64,000 nt of DNA from Eledone cirrhosa (GCA_964016885.1 OZ024751.1:35526001-35590000); one strand, 5' to 3'; shown: positions 1 to 12,950, numbered from the stretch's first letter. Translations and numbers: made by a program. Notes: generated from the sequence alone by a model not told the origin.

Positions 1-4
1 TCCA

Positions 5-167
5 TAGGCTATTACAATGACCCACCTGTATAAAACTATAGGTTCTAACCTCCAATAGGCTATTACAATGACCCACCTGTATAAAACTATAGGCTCTAAC
101 CTCCAATAGGCTATTACAATGACCCACCTGTATAAAACTATAGGCTCTGACCTCCAATAGGCTATTA
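5..167. repeat. 51-bp minisatellite, ~3 copies (cut by window start)
   Basis: TAGGCTATTACAATGACCCACCTGTATAAAACTATAGGCTCTAACCTCCAA recurs at 5, 56, 107. Confidence 0.9.
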
Positions 168-394
168 CGAAAACACACAAGACCGTAGAGCCCATTTGAT
201 GGTTTGATAATTATGCTGATGATGGTGATGATGATGATGATGATAACGATGATGATGATGATAAAAGTTTTATTTCCTATTCAGTCAATTATACCCAGTT
301 TTTCTTTTTTGGTTTTTATTGGTGTGAGTGAGTGTGTGTGTGTGTGTGTGTGTGAGTGAGTGTGTGTGGGTCTGTGTATGTGTGTGTATGTGTT

Positions 395-439
<45 letters not shown>

Positions 440-585
440 GTGTGATGGTTTCTAACCATCACTCAAGGAGACTTGAGAGAAAAGTTTAAATATATTGGTT
501 TCTAAATATCTAGGTCAACAGAACTATGACCTACGTGAGTATCAATAGTTTTTTTTTTTCACTGGGCAGGAGGCCAAATTATGTA

Positions 586-1058
586 GGAAACTGTAATGTT
601 GTCTATATGGTCGGCCATTTTACTAGAAAACTGTAATGTTGTCTATATGGTCGGCCATTTTACTAGAAAACTGTAATGTTGTCTATATGGTCGGCCATTT
701 TTCTAGAAAACTGTAATGTTGTCTATATGTCGGCCATTTTACTAGAAAACTGTAATGTTGTCTATATGGTCGGCCATTTTACTAGAAAACTGTAATGTTG
801 TCTATATGGTCTGCCATTTTACTAGAAAACTGTAATGTTGTCTATATGGTCGGCCATTTTTCTAGAAAACTGTAATGTTGTCTATATGGTCGGCCATTTT
901 ACTAGAAAACTGTAATGTTGTCTATATGGTCGACCATTTTACTAGAAAACTGTAATGTTGTCTATATGTCGGCCATTTTACTAGAAAACTGTAATGTTGT
1001 CTATATGTCGGCCATTTTACTAGAAAACTGTAATGTTGTCTATATGGTCGGTCATTTT
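586..1058. repeat. 39-40-bp minisatellite, ~12 copies
   Basis: Unit GAAAACTGTAATGTTGTCTATATGGTCGGCCATTTTACTA in tandem; explains ORF 915-1214. Confidence 0.95.
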
Positions 1059-1699
1059 ATCAACAGCCACTCCACGCCGCAAAAGACGACAGAGAAAAAA
1101 AACAAGGAATTTAATCGGTATTTTATTGTTTCTACCATCTTGACAAATTACGTTAGCTTTTTATTTATTTATTTAATCAATTTAAATGTCCGTATAGAGC
1201 TAGTAAGCCACTAGGGGAAGTATCTAGTAATTTTTACAGTTGAGAAACATACAAATAAAAATAGAGAGAGATAAGTGGATATAAAAATAATAAGTATAAG
1301 AATCACATAGGTATGGATATGAAGGTTATATGTATATATGCATGTGTGTTATATATGTGTGCAGTGGCGGACTCGGTCTAAAAATATTGGTTGCCAGGAG
1401 ATGAAGGGGGCCGACCTACATATAGAATGTTATTTAATTTTTATAATGAATAAATAAGATTTTCGAAAAATACATAAGTGGAAACAAAACAGTGCAATCA
1501 GATTTTTGCGGAAAAATATCTTACCTTCTCCAATAAAAAATATTACGTATTTTGCGAAATCCAGAGACTTTCAATAATGACAAAAAGTCGACCCTAAATA
1601 TTGCTAATAGCTCTAGGAAAGCCATGAAAGAAACCACATTTTTTTAACTTTGAATTTGAAAGTAGGTTTATAATTATCAATTTTCATTATACTTTTGTA

Positions 1700-1775
1700 G
1701 ATGTCTCGATGGCCTAGTTGGAAGAATCGTAGACGGTGTTGATCCTGGTCTGAAGTTCGATCCTGGTCGGGAGTA
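1700..1775 (+). promoter_or_regulatory. tRNA-like Pol III internal promoter unit inside hAT-like element
   Basis: A-box-like TGGCCTAGTTGG (1710-1721), B-box GTTCGATCC (1755-1763), T-run at ~1792. Confidence 0.5.
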
Positions 1776-1834
1776 GGGTTCCCACTAAACCTTTTCAGTT
1801 ATTAAATAAAATAAAAACTGAAGAAGATTACATA

Positions 1835-1912
1835 TACTTCTTGACCAGGATTGAACCCAAGGCCCGGATCGCCACCGTCTCTAGTACCTACCGCTAGGCA
1901 ACAGAGACAACT
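1835..1912 (-). promoter_or_regulatory. Second, inverted tRNA-like Pol III unit inside hAT-like element
   Basis: Minus strand reads TTGCCTAGCGG...GGTTCAATCC, a diverged paralogue of 1700-1775; minus-strand T-runs at ~1808-1817. Confidence 0.5.
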
Positions 1913-2265
1913 ACGAAAAACTTATGAAAATTCATACCTATAAACCTACTTTCGAAATTTTCAAAACAAAGTGTTGTGAATGTACAACGACTGATTCCAG
2001 TTATTTGTACTTTCGTATATTTTGGGGAATTGGTGGCCCAAATGATTTGCTTAATGGTTTTATTTATTTTTCTCTTAGATTTCAGGTATTTTTTTAAAGC
2101 AAAGCATTGGCCCTAAAATACTAGAGTGGGCCCTGCAATGCTACTGTGGGCCCTTACAATGCTACCGTGGACCCCTAGGACCCACTTGCCTTTGGGCAAC
2201 CTGGTAACCTGGCCAGTCCGCCACTGTATGGGTGTGTCATATATGCAAGTTATAAATATGTATGT

Positions 2266-2394
<129 letters not shown>

Positions 2395-2548
2395 TAATTA
2401 AAATAACAGATTAAAGTTTAAGCAAAGAATCGCTGCTTTCACCCTTAACGGGATCTTCTGAAACTCAGTGTGTGTGTGTGTGTGTTATGTGTTAGGAGGA
2501 CTAGATAATATAATACATCGATAGCTCAATAGATAGACTAATAGACAG

Positions 2549-2637
<89 letters not shown>

Positions 2638-3005
2638 TACACACAGACAGATAGATAGATAGATAGATATAGAGACAGATAGATGCATAAATAGAAAGAT
2701 GCATAGATTGAGAGATATATAGATACATAAATACACTCACATACATACCAACATACATATATTCACACTTTCACATAGACACACACATATACATACATAC
2801 ACACACACACATACATACGTTAATACAATTGTCCCAATTTACAAGTAGCTGGACTCCATCAAAGAGTCTCATGTTTGTCTATTATGAGCATATAACATCA
2901 AATTAACCCTCAATGATCTCTGTATGGAATTACTAATAATTTCATATATAATTCATACATAAAATGATAAATGACCAGGCAGTCCTCTTCCATGTTATGT
3001 TGGCT

Positions 3006-3750
3006 CATATTCAGAGACGGCGTCTCCATATTTAGAGACGGCGTCTCCATATTCAGAGACGGCGTCTCCATATTTAGAGACGGCGTCTCCATATTTAGAG
3101 ACGGCGTCTCCATATTCAGAGACGGCGTCTCCATATTTAGAGACGACGTCTCCATATTTAGAGACGGCGTCTCCATATTTAGAGACGGCGTCTCCATATT
3201 TAGAGACGGCGTCTTCATATTTAGAGACGGCGTCTTCATATTTAGAGACGGCGTCTCCATATTTAGAGACGACGTCTCCATATTTAGAGACGGCGTCTCC
3301 ATATTTAGAGACGGCGTCTTCATATTTAGAGACGGCGTCTCCATATTTAGAGACGGCGTCTTCATATTTAGAGACGGCGTCTCCATATTTAGAGACGGCG
3401 TCTCCATATTTAGAGACGGCGTCTTCATATTTAGAGACGGCGTCTCCATATTTAGAGACGGCGACTCCATATTCAGAGACGACGTCTCCATATTTAGAGA
3501 CGGCGTCTCCATATTTAGAGACGGCGTCTCCATATTCAGAGACGACGTCTCCATATTTAGAGACGGCGTCTCCATATTTAGAGACGGCGTCTCCATATTT
3601 AGAGACGGCGTCTCCATATTTAGAGACGGCGTCTCCATATTTAGGGACGACGTCTCCATATTTAGAGACGGCGTCTCCATATTTAGGGACGACGTCTCCA
3701 TATTTAGAGACGGCGTCTCCATATTTAGATACGGCGTCTCCATATTTAGA
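3006..3750. repeat. 21-bp minisatellite with internal palindrome, ~35 copies
   Basis: Unit CATATTTAGAGACGGCGTCTC (contains GAGACG-G-CGTCTC); source of ORFs 2910-3761 and 2971-3768. Confidence 0.95.
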
Positions 3751-3779
3751 GCGGTGGACAAACTCTGAAGGTGTCCAAT

Positions 3780-3876
3780 TGGCAGAGTCGTTAGAGCGTC
3801 AGATGGAATGTTTTCTAGTATCTGTCACGTCTCTCTGTTCTCCCCCTCTCTCTCTGAGTTCAAATCCCGCCGTGGC
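3780..3876 (+). mobile_element. SINE 5' (tRNA-derived head) fragment
   Basis: TGGCAGAGTCGTTAGAGCGTC...CTGAGTTCAAATCCCGCCG matches the head of the fuller copies at 41325 and 47827. Confidence 0.7.
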
Positions 3877-3900
3877 TAATGCAGGAACGGAGTTATATAT

Positions 3901-3948
<48 letters not shown>

Positions 3949-4024
3949 ATATATATATATATGACGCTAGTTGGGTTTGGAACCAGAGTGTTCCATCTAG
4001 TAGTAGTATAGGATATATAAGACA

Positions 4025-4145
4025 TAGGAAAAGAGTCAGGGCCCCGACGGCTGAGCTCCGGCCGTTTCGTTAGACTCGAACTAAGCCAGCAGTATTAGAA
4101 CGGCGGGAATGGTCCACCTGGTATCTTACCACACTTTCTTTGTTA
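4025..4145. mobile_element. Hairpin family H1, rearranged partial copy (putative Penelope-like remnant)
   Basis: TAGGAAAAGAGTCAGGGCCCCGACGGCTGAGCTC plus ...CTTACCACACTTTCTTTGTTA end, homologous to 4658-4854. Confidence 0.65.
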
Positions 4146-4189
4146 TATGTATAAGACGCTAGTTGGGTTTGGAATCAGAGTTTTCCCTC

Positions 4190-4228
<39 letters not shown>

Positions 4229-4233
4229 AAGTG

Positions 4234-4269
<36 letters not shown>

Positions 4270-4372
4270 GTGTGTATAATGGTAACTATGGTGCTTCCAT
4301 AGGCGGTATGCCAAAATTAGCACTCAATATTCATACAGAGCAGAGTGTGGATAGTATAAAAATAGTATAAAA

Positions 4373-4638
4373 ATAGTATAAAAAAACTAAAAATCAGTGA
4401 TGCATCTGGACTCAGTTTATTGCGTGTTACAATTGTTTCGCTGGCAGGTTGCAAATTTTCTCAGTGAGAAAATTTGCTCCGAACGAACTGCCCGTGTCCG
4501 AAGGAACCTGCAGCCGTAGAATCAGCCAGATCCATACAGTGATCATGTCTCGAGTTGCCGGTAAACAATCGTAACACGCAATATATATATATATGTAAGT
4601 CCAGATACATCACTGATTTTTGTTTTTTTTTATACTAT
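4373..4638. mobile_element. Fold-back element next to (TA)n carrying a hammerhead 3' half
   Basis: Arms AAAAATCAGTGATGCATCTGGACT / AGTCCAGATACATCACTGATTTTT and TATTGCGTGTTACAATTGTTT / AAACAATCGTAACACGCAATA; minus strand reads GAAA-CAATTG-TA. Confidence 0.55.
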
Positions 4639-4657
4639 ATATATATATATATATATA

Positions 4658-4854
4658 TAACGAAGGAAATGTGGTAAGGAACCAGGTGGACCATAACGCA
4701 CCAAAGTACTCAATACTTAGGGTAGTAGAGTGGGTAATAGGAACGAGTAGGACCCCGACGGCTGAGCTCAAGCCGTTTCGACGGCTAATTCTGGACTCAG
4801 AATTAGCCGTCGAAACGGCTTGAGCTCAGCCGTCGGGGTCCTACTCGTTCCTAT
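4658..4854. mobile_element. Hairpin family H1 full copy (~195 bp, asymmetric fold-back, putative Penelope-like remnant)
   Basis: Perfect 57-bp inverted repeat 4737-4793 / 4798-4854 with GACT loop; arm contains GAAAC-GGC-TTGAGCTCA-GCC-GTC; flanked by (TA)n. Confidence 0.8.
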
Positions 4855-4994
4855 GTATATATATATATATAGTACTACAGCCATCAATTGCAATCATGTA
4901 TGTATGACTCGATAGTACGTGCCATGCTGTCAATAACGAGTTTATGTGTGTGTGTATCTAATATATATATATATATATTTATATTATATATACA

Positions 4995-5102
<108 letters not shown>

Positions 5103-5103
5103 C

Positions 5104-5159
<56 letters not shown>

Positions 5160-5589
5160 TATAATATATATACACACAGATGGGCGTGTATCTATCGCTT
5201 TTTATAGAATATTTCTCTTTGGTCTTCCGTTCTTCAGTTCTATATATGGCAATCATCTACACACGTGACTTTTCCTTTATGGAACTTCCAACAGAAGACT
5301 TGCTTTTGTTTTTGGTCGTCATATTTTCTTACTTTCTCCCAATAACGTTGACGGGGTACAATGAAAGATTCTTAAAAAAAAAATAACTGAATCTGACTAT
5401 AATTGATTGAGTTACATCAGAGAGTCTTGTATTAGTGGTGTAGTGGTAGGGGATAGGACACGATGGTCAGGGGAGAGGAGATGTGTGATAGGAGGGGAAG
5501 AAATGAGGGTTGATAACAGGGAAGAACATATAATATGAGAGACAGAGAAGCGTATATATATATATATATATATATAAATATGTGTGTGA

Positions 5590-5707
<118 letters not shown>

Positions 5708-5801
5708 TTAAATTTATTAGAACTGCACTGAAAATGATTATATTGAAGTTTTAGGGGAAAAACAACAACAAAAAGCCAACAAAACGCAAACAGATGACAA
5801 C

Positions 5802-5869
<68 letters not shown>

Positions 5870-5953
5870 AAACATTTTCTAACTCAGAAAAAAGAGAAAA
5901 AAATAAAAGGAAAAAAAAATATTTTTCTTCCTAATAATCGCCTTTTTCTCCCT

Positions 5954-6112
<159 letters not shown>

Positions 6113-6330
6113 GTATCTATATATTCTTTACAAGGTTTCTTATATTTCTTTGGTAGCAGAATATTCTAGAAATATTCCTGATTATTCATTAAAAAAGTAA
6201 TCTTTCCCTTTTTACCGTTTTTATCTTTGGTATTTAATGGAACACTAGAAACTGGCAACGATGAGACTGATACGTGATTGTACTTCGATCAACAGCAATA
6301 ATATTGATTTGGCTTTTTTTAATTGGGTAT

Positions 6331-6576
<246 letters not shown>

Positions 6577-6667
6577 TAATATAATATATGTAAAATATGT
6601 ATAGAATATATGTAGACAAAATAATCAAAAGATTTGTGAAAAGGGTACAGTCGATTATATATATATA

Positions 6668-6786
6668 GTTAGAGAATTGGATTCACAATCTTGAGGTTTT
6701 GAGTTCGATTCCTGGACCGGGCGATGCGTTATGTCCTTGAGCAAGACACTTTATTTCACGTTGCTCCTTCTACCTGGAGTTGCGAC
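6668..6786 (+). mobile_element. tRNA-derived SINE with CORE-like segment (partial)
   Basis: B-box GAGTTCGATTC followed by TGTCCTTGAGCAAGACACTTT. Confidence 0.6.
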
Positions 6787-6880
6787 CGATAGATAGTATT
6801 AGCAACTGGAAAGACTAACGGAAACATTGTTTCCTCGGTCCGATTTGACGAAAGTCAATCGATCTTTATATATATATATA

Positions 6881-6995
6881 TACGATATTAACAAATGGAA
6901 ACTATATTTATAAAACCATATTTATTTCATTATACATATTTAAATGTGAAATAAATATGGTTTTATAAATATAGTTTCCATTTGTTAATATCGTA
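6881..6995. mobile_element. Hairpin family H2, short copy
   Basis: 49-bp arms 6881-6929 / 6947-6995 homologous to the outer arms of 61084-61391; adjacent to (TA)n. Confidence 0.75.
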
Positions 6996-7083
6996 TTTTT
7001 ACTCCAAATATTTGTTGAGTGCTTTATATCAGTTATAAAAATATTTGCTTGTTGTATGCCAACAATTTAAATAGAACTTTTAC

Positions 7084-7162
<79 letters not shown>

Positions 7163-7170
7163 AATACAGG

Positions 7171-7222
<52 letters not shown>

Positions 7223-7312
7223 ACTAGATTGCGCGAGTATAATGTGTGTATACTAGATTACCCGTGTATATTAGATCACGTGTATATATTAGATTAAGTG
7301 ACTATATATATG

Positions 7313-7418
<106 letters not shown>

Positions 7419-7618
7419 CACAACACGATATCCTAATACATGTTTATAATAATCCTAAAGTTTACATGCAACAGTAACTTCGATGATAAATATAAATGGA
7501 AGGAATTCCACCATTTTTCTTCAGATTAATCAACTGGGAAGAAGTTATTTTTGGTGTAAGCATCTTTTAGAATCACAGAAAACTATTTAGAATAATCTTC
7601 AGTCACTTATGCCTATCA

Positions 7619-7662
<44 letters not shown>

Positions 7663-7853
7663 GCCAGTCTGTCTGTCTGTCTGTCTGCCAGTCTGTCTGT
7701 CTGTCTGTCTCTCTGTCTGTCTGTTTGTCTATATGTATGTATAACTGCCTGCCTGTCTCTTTTTCTGTCTGTCTGTCAGCCTGTATGCTTGTATGTATAT
7801 ATACACACACACACGCACACACACGCACACACACACACTCTCACACGCACACA

Positions 7854-7948
<95 letters not shown>

Positions 7949-8008
7949 ATTATTATTATTATAAAATATCAGGAGGCTGGACTGGTGTAATGCCTTAAAA
8001 GGTTTATT

Positions 8009-8066
8009 ATACTATGATCATTTCAATGACCGGGTTCAGTATGAATCCGGGAACATCATCAGGTAT
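8009..8066 (-). ncRNA. Minimal type-I hammerhead ribozyme motif
   Basis: Minus strand: ATAC-CTGATGA-[stem II with CCGG/CCGG and TTCA/TGAA]-GAAA-TGATCA-TA-GTAT; palindromic stem III. Confidence 0.6.
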
Positions 8067-8195
8067 TCTAAATTTAACAAAGGAATATAATAGACAAAAT
8101 CCATGAGGCTGAAAATCAGAGACAGGAGGGCGACCGAACACTTAGCCCGGTCAGCCCCCGCTCAAGTGATGATTATTATTAAGTCTTCACACATA

Positions 8196-8646
<451 letters not shown>

Positions 8647-9068
8647 GTGTGTGTGTGTGTGTGAAGATATTTGCGGTGTCTCTGTTATACACTATTCCCA
8701 TATCGATATATTTCAGAATAGATACGTTTATTTAAAAGTTGCACGTTCTACCAAAAGAAATATTTTCGTGAAATCTCAACAAACAATTTTCTAACATTTC
8801 TCTTCCAAATCTACTTTTTATGTTGTTTGTCTTTTTATTTTGAAATAGGAATATTTTTTTTTTAGAAAATAGATGAGTCATAGTTTCATATATATGAAAA
8901 TACATTTTTATATATATATCATATTTGTATATATATATATATATATATGACACATGTATAAAATTATATTTTCATAGTATATATGTATATATATATATAT
9001 ATATGACACAATATGTTGAAAAGGTAACACACTAGAGAGAGATAGTGCGCCATCAATAAAACAGGGTA

Positions 9069-9129
<61 letters not shown>

Positions 9130-9256
9130 TATGAATAATAATTTTATATATGAAATTATATATTATATAAGAAATGATTTTACGTATGAAAATATGATTT
9201 TATACATGAATATATTTTTATATTTGAACGAAATTTAAAATGTTGACAGATAATAA

Positions 9257-9257
<1 letters not shown>

Positions 9258-9287
<30 letters not shown>

Positions 9288-9354
9288 CTTCTTCTTCTTC
9301 TTCTTCTTCTTCTTCTTCTTCTTCTTCTTCTTCTTCTTCTTCTTCTTCTTCTTC
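9258..9354. repeat. (TTC)n microsatellite
   Basis: Pure TTC run; gives poly-K ORF 9180-9392. Confidence 0.95.
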
Positions 9355-9403
9355 AACACTATATCATTCTTTATACACATATATACACCCACACATATAT
9401 ATA

Positions 9404-9450
<47 letters not shown>

Positions 9451-9851
9451 GGAGGTGAGTTTTATTGTAGTACAATAAAGCAATGCAGATATCGGATAAG
9501 AAGCACTCTACAGTTTGTAGGACTGGAGTATACATAATATATAAGATCAAAAGATGGTTAAAGGAGTTCCATGTATTTTATTATGCGCATTTCAAAAACA
9601 AACATCATCATGCAATAATATTTGTGTTTTCATCAGATAAAACAGGAGGACATGATATGAAGGCTAAAAAACACTTGTGGATAGTGCAGTTTTAAATCAA
9701 CATATGAGAAGTAGTTTTAGATTGATGTGTGATATTGGGAAAAATATTTTATTTAGAGAGAGGGGGGGGGGAAGGATGAAAAAAAGGGGAGGAGATGAGA
9801 GTGAAGGTGGAGAGGGAGAGATGGGTGATAGAGAGAGAGAGATAGTTTTTA

Positions 9852-9924
<73 letters not shown>

Positions 9925-9926
9925 GT

Positions 9927-9958
<32 letters not shown>

Positions 9959-9981
9959 AAACTATTCACTTGATCAGACAA

Positions 9982-10070
9982 CTGGTATATGTGCTTTTGT
10001 ACCTGTAATGGAATTCTATCGGTTTCAACGATGGAGATGCATTACAGGTACAAAACCACACATTAACCAG
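9982..10070. mobile_element. Small fold-back element with degenerate hammerhead 3' half in its loop
   Basis: Arms TTTTGTACCTGTAATG / CATTACAGGTACAAAA; loop on minus strand reads GAAA-CCGA-TA; next to (TA)n. Confidence 0.4.
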
Positions 10071-10082
10071 GAATTAAATTTG

Positions 10083-10422
<340 letters not shown>

Positions 10423-10450
10423 GTGTGTGATATATACGTATATATATATA

Positions 10451-10644
10451 TAACAAAGAGGGTGTGGTAAGATAGGAGGTGGACCATAACGCACCAGAGT
10501 ACTCAATACTTAGGGTAGTAGAGTGGGTAATAGGAACGAGTAGGACCCCGACGGCTGAGCTCCGGCCGACAGATAGATCCGAACATGTTCGAATCTAGCT
10601 GTCGAAACGGTCGGAGCTCAGCCGTCGGGGTCCTGACTCTTTTC

Positions 10645-10647
<3 letters not shown>
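10451..10647. mobile_element. Hairpin family H1 copy with arms of two different subtypes
   Basis: Left arm TAGGAACGAGTAGGACCCC, right arm GGGGTCCTGACTCTTTTCCTA. Confidence 0.75.
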
Positions 10648-10693
<46 letters not shown>

Positions 10694-10712
10694 CACACAC
10701 ATACACATACAT

Positions 10713-10815
10713 GCCGAAGTTAACTTTGCCTTTCATCCTTACGGGGTCGATAAAATAAAGTACCAGTAATGTACTGGGGTAATTGCTGGCCTTGTGCCAA
10801 TAGTAGAAACAATTA
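10713..10815 (+). mobile_element. SINE (Meta/MESC-like core), 5'-truncated
   Basis: AACTTTGCCTTTCATCCTTACGGGGTCGATAAAATAAAGTACCAG...GGCCTTGTGCCAATAGTAGAAAC. Confidence 0.8.
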
Positions 10816-11223
10816 TATATAAGTTCTATATAGTAAAGATATGTATGCATTGTCGATAACCCACAGCTTATTACGAAATCCCATTCCTTTGCAAGTTACA
10901 GCACATTTCATGAGAATTTTAATTAGCTTGTATAAAGGTTCACTTGCTATTGACGTACAACTGTGTTGAATAAGTGTGTGGGTGTCCGGTTTGGAGTGGG
11001 TGTCCGGTTTGGTGTGAACTTCACGTAATGACGTCACCTTATTGGTGCACTCTCTTGTGTAAATGTTTAACAAATTCAATTTGAAGATGTTTAGCGAAAA
11101 TTTTGTGCAAAGGCGGCTATAATCTTGAGGCTGCTTGTTTCAACGTTTGTCAACCTAGCAAGGTAGAGCAATAATTTATTAATAGACCAGGCTATACATG
11201 TATATATGTATATATGTGTGTGA

Positions 11224-11256
<33 letters not shown>

Positions 11257-11287
11257 AAGCATTCTATCCGATGTTCTAACGACTGTA

Positions 11288-11378
<91 letters not shown>

Positions 11379-11569
11379 TTTCTGAATTTATTTATCTGAA
11401 AACGTGTGTTGAAACCGCTATTGTTATACTTTGGGAGGGTCATGTTGCCAATAAGAAACACACGCACCAGTTGCTTTCACTCCAATTTATTATAAATTAA
11501 ATTTATATATTTAAGAATTTATAAATTTCCGGTTGGTTGGTTCCATAACCGGATGGTTGTTCATATATT

Positions 11570-11612
11570 GTCAAAGTTCTTTCGTCACACATTCTGTGAG
11601 CTCTTCAGTGAC
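11570..11612 (-). ncRNA. Minimal type-I hammerhead ribozyme motif within a probable retroelement 3' end (11376-11665)
   Basis: Minus strand: GTCA-CTGAAGA-GCTCACA-GAATG-TGTGAC-GAAA-GAAC-TT-TGAC; segment bounded by (TA)n and (CA)n. Confidence 0.6.
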
Positions 11613-11677
11613 TGGGGATTCTTTTCTTTGTTTTGTGCCTCTCCTTTGTTCTGTCCTACGCCATCTTGTTTTTGTGT

Positions 11678-11769
<92 letters not shown>

Positions 11770-11925
11770 TGGCAGAGTTGTTAGAACGTGGGATAGAATG
11801 ATATGCGGCATTCGTTCCATCTCTCTCGGCGATCTCAGTTCAGATACTGTCGAGGTTAACTTTGTCTTTTATCTTTTCTGAGGTCGATAAAAAATGTCCC
11901 AATCGAGTATTGGGATCGATTCTTC
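11770..11925 (+). mobile_element. SINE (Meta/MESC-like), diverged
   Basis: TGGCAGAGTTGTTAGAACG head; GAGGTTAACTTTGTCTTTTATC...GGTCGATAAA core. Confidence 0.7.
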
Positions 11926-12022
11926 TTACATATATATCTTTTTCACACTTCTCTCTCTCGCTCCATCTCTGGAATACATCGGCTGTGTTCAGACCTGGAG
12001 AAGGAATGGGTTTCACCAGGAG

Positions 12023-12345
12023 GTCCAAGAGACACTCTATACCACAATAGCACCCCTACTCCACCAAGTGTTACAGACACCTCCAAGAGACACTCTATAC
12101 CACAATGGCACCTTTACTCCACTACAAGTGACAGACTCCTCCAAGAGACACTCTATACCACAATAGCACCCCTACTCCACCAAGTGTTACAGACACCTCC
12201 AAGAGACACTCTATACCACAATAGCACCCCTACTCTACCAAGTGTTACAGACTCCTCCAAGAGACACTCTATACCACAATAGCACTCCTAATTCACCAAG
12301 TGTTACAGACACCTCCAAGAGACACTCTATACCACAATGGCCCCT
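12023..12345. repeat. ~58-bp minisatellite, ~5.5 copies
   Basis: CTCCAAGAGACACTCTATACCACAATAGCACCCCTACTCCACCAAGTGTTACAGACAC repeated. Confidence 0.9.
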
Positions 12346-12950
12346 CTAGGACTCAACCAGGAGTTACAGACCCACACACATTTCCAAACTGGTAGCCTAT
12401 CATGTACATCTTAGCACCAGTCTTTTGTTTAGGTTCCACAGTTTTTATAATATTCAGGAAAACAGAATCCATTAGCCGTTTTCTATCCTCCAGTGAGTGG
12501 CCGCCATGTTACTTATGTGACGTCATCAAAACTACTTGGGAAAGACATGAACTTTGTATGGACTGTTTCAGAAGTTTTTCATCATTGTTGTTGTTTTTGT
12601 TGTTGTTGTTGTTGTTGTTGTGGTGGTGGTGGTGGTGGTGGTGGTGGTGGTGGAGCAGGTGGTGTGGTGGTTTTGATGGTGGTGGTGGTGGTGGAGGTGG
12701 TGTGGTGGTTGTGATGGTGGTGGTGGTGGAGGAGGAGGTGGTGTGGTAGTTTTGATGATGGTGGTGGTGGTGGAGGAGGAGGTGGTGTGGTGGTTGTGAT
12801 GGTGGTGGTGGAGGTGGCTATTTGCATTTAATTCACCATAGGGTGCGACTGTCGTACGTCTGTTGGTCGGAGAAACATTCACCATGGTTATTTACATTTA
12901 ATTCACACAATTGGGTGGGTGTCACCCTCCGACACTCCCCGTCTGCTGGG

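Larger units (their letters stand above)
1362..2226. mobile_element. Non-autonomous hAT-like DNA transposon (865 bp)
   Basis: Perfect 12-bp TIR CAGTGGCGGACT / AGTCCGCCACTG; 8-bp TSD TATGTGTG (1354-1361) / TATGGGTG (2227-2234, 1 mismatch); no transposase ORF. Confidence 0.8.

Noticed and set aside
1700-1912. True tRNA genes
   Set aside because: A and B boxes are present but no convincing acceptor or anticodon stems; treated as tRNA-like promoter units.
2910-3768. 283-aa and 265-aa ORFs, or a CRISPR-like palindromic repeat array
   Set aside because: Head-to-tail 21-mers with no spacers and no cas genes, in a eukaryotic context.
4737-4854. miRNA precursor interpretation of the long hairpins
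   Set aside because: Multi-copy, near-perfect and microsatellite-embedded, with no mature miRNA I recognise; better explained as mobile-element remnants.
11020-11046. CRE site TGACGTCA next to a CCAAT box as a promoter
   Set aside because: No associated gene or start site; short motifs are expected by chance.
12568-12885. ORF MVNVSPTNRRTTVAPYGELNANSHLHHHH with a good Kozak context
   Set aside because: Runs straight into simple repeats; no recognisable domain or splice donor.
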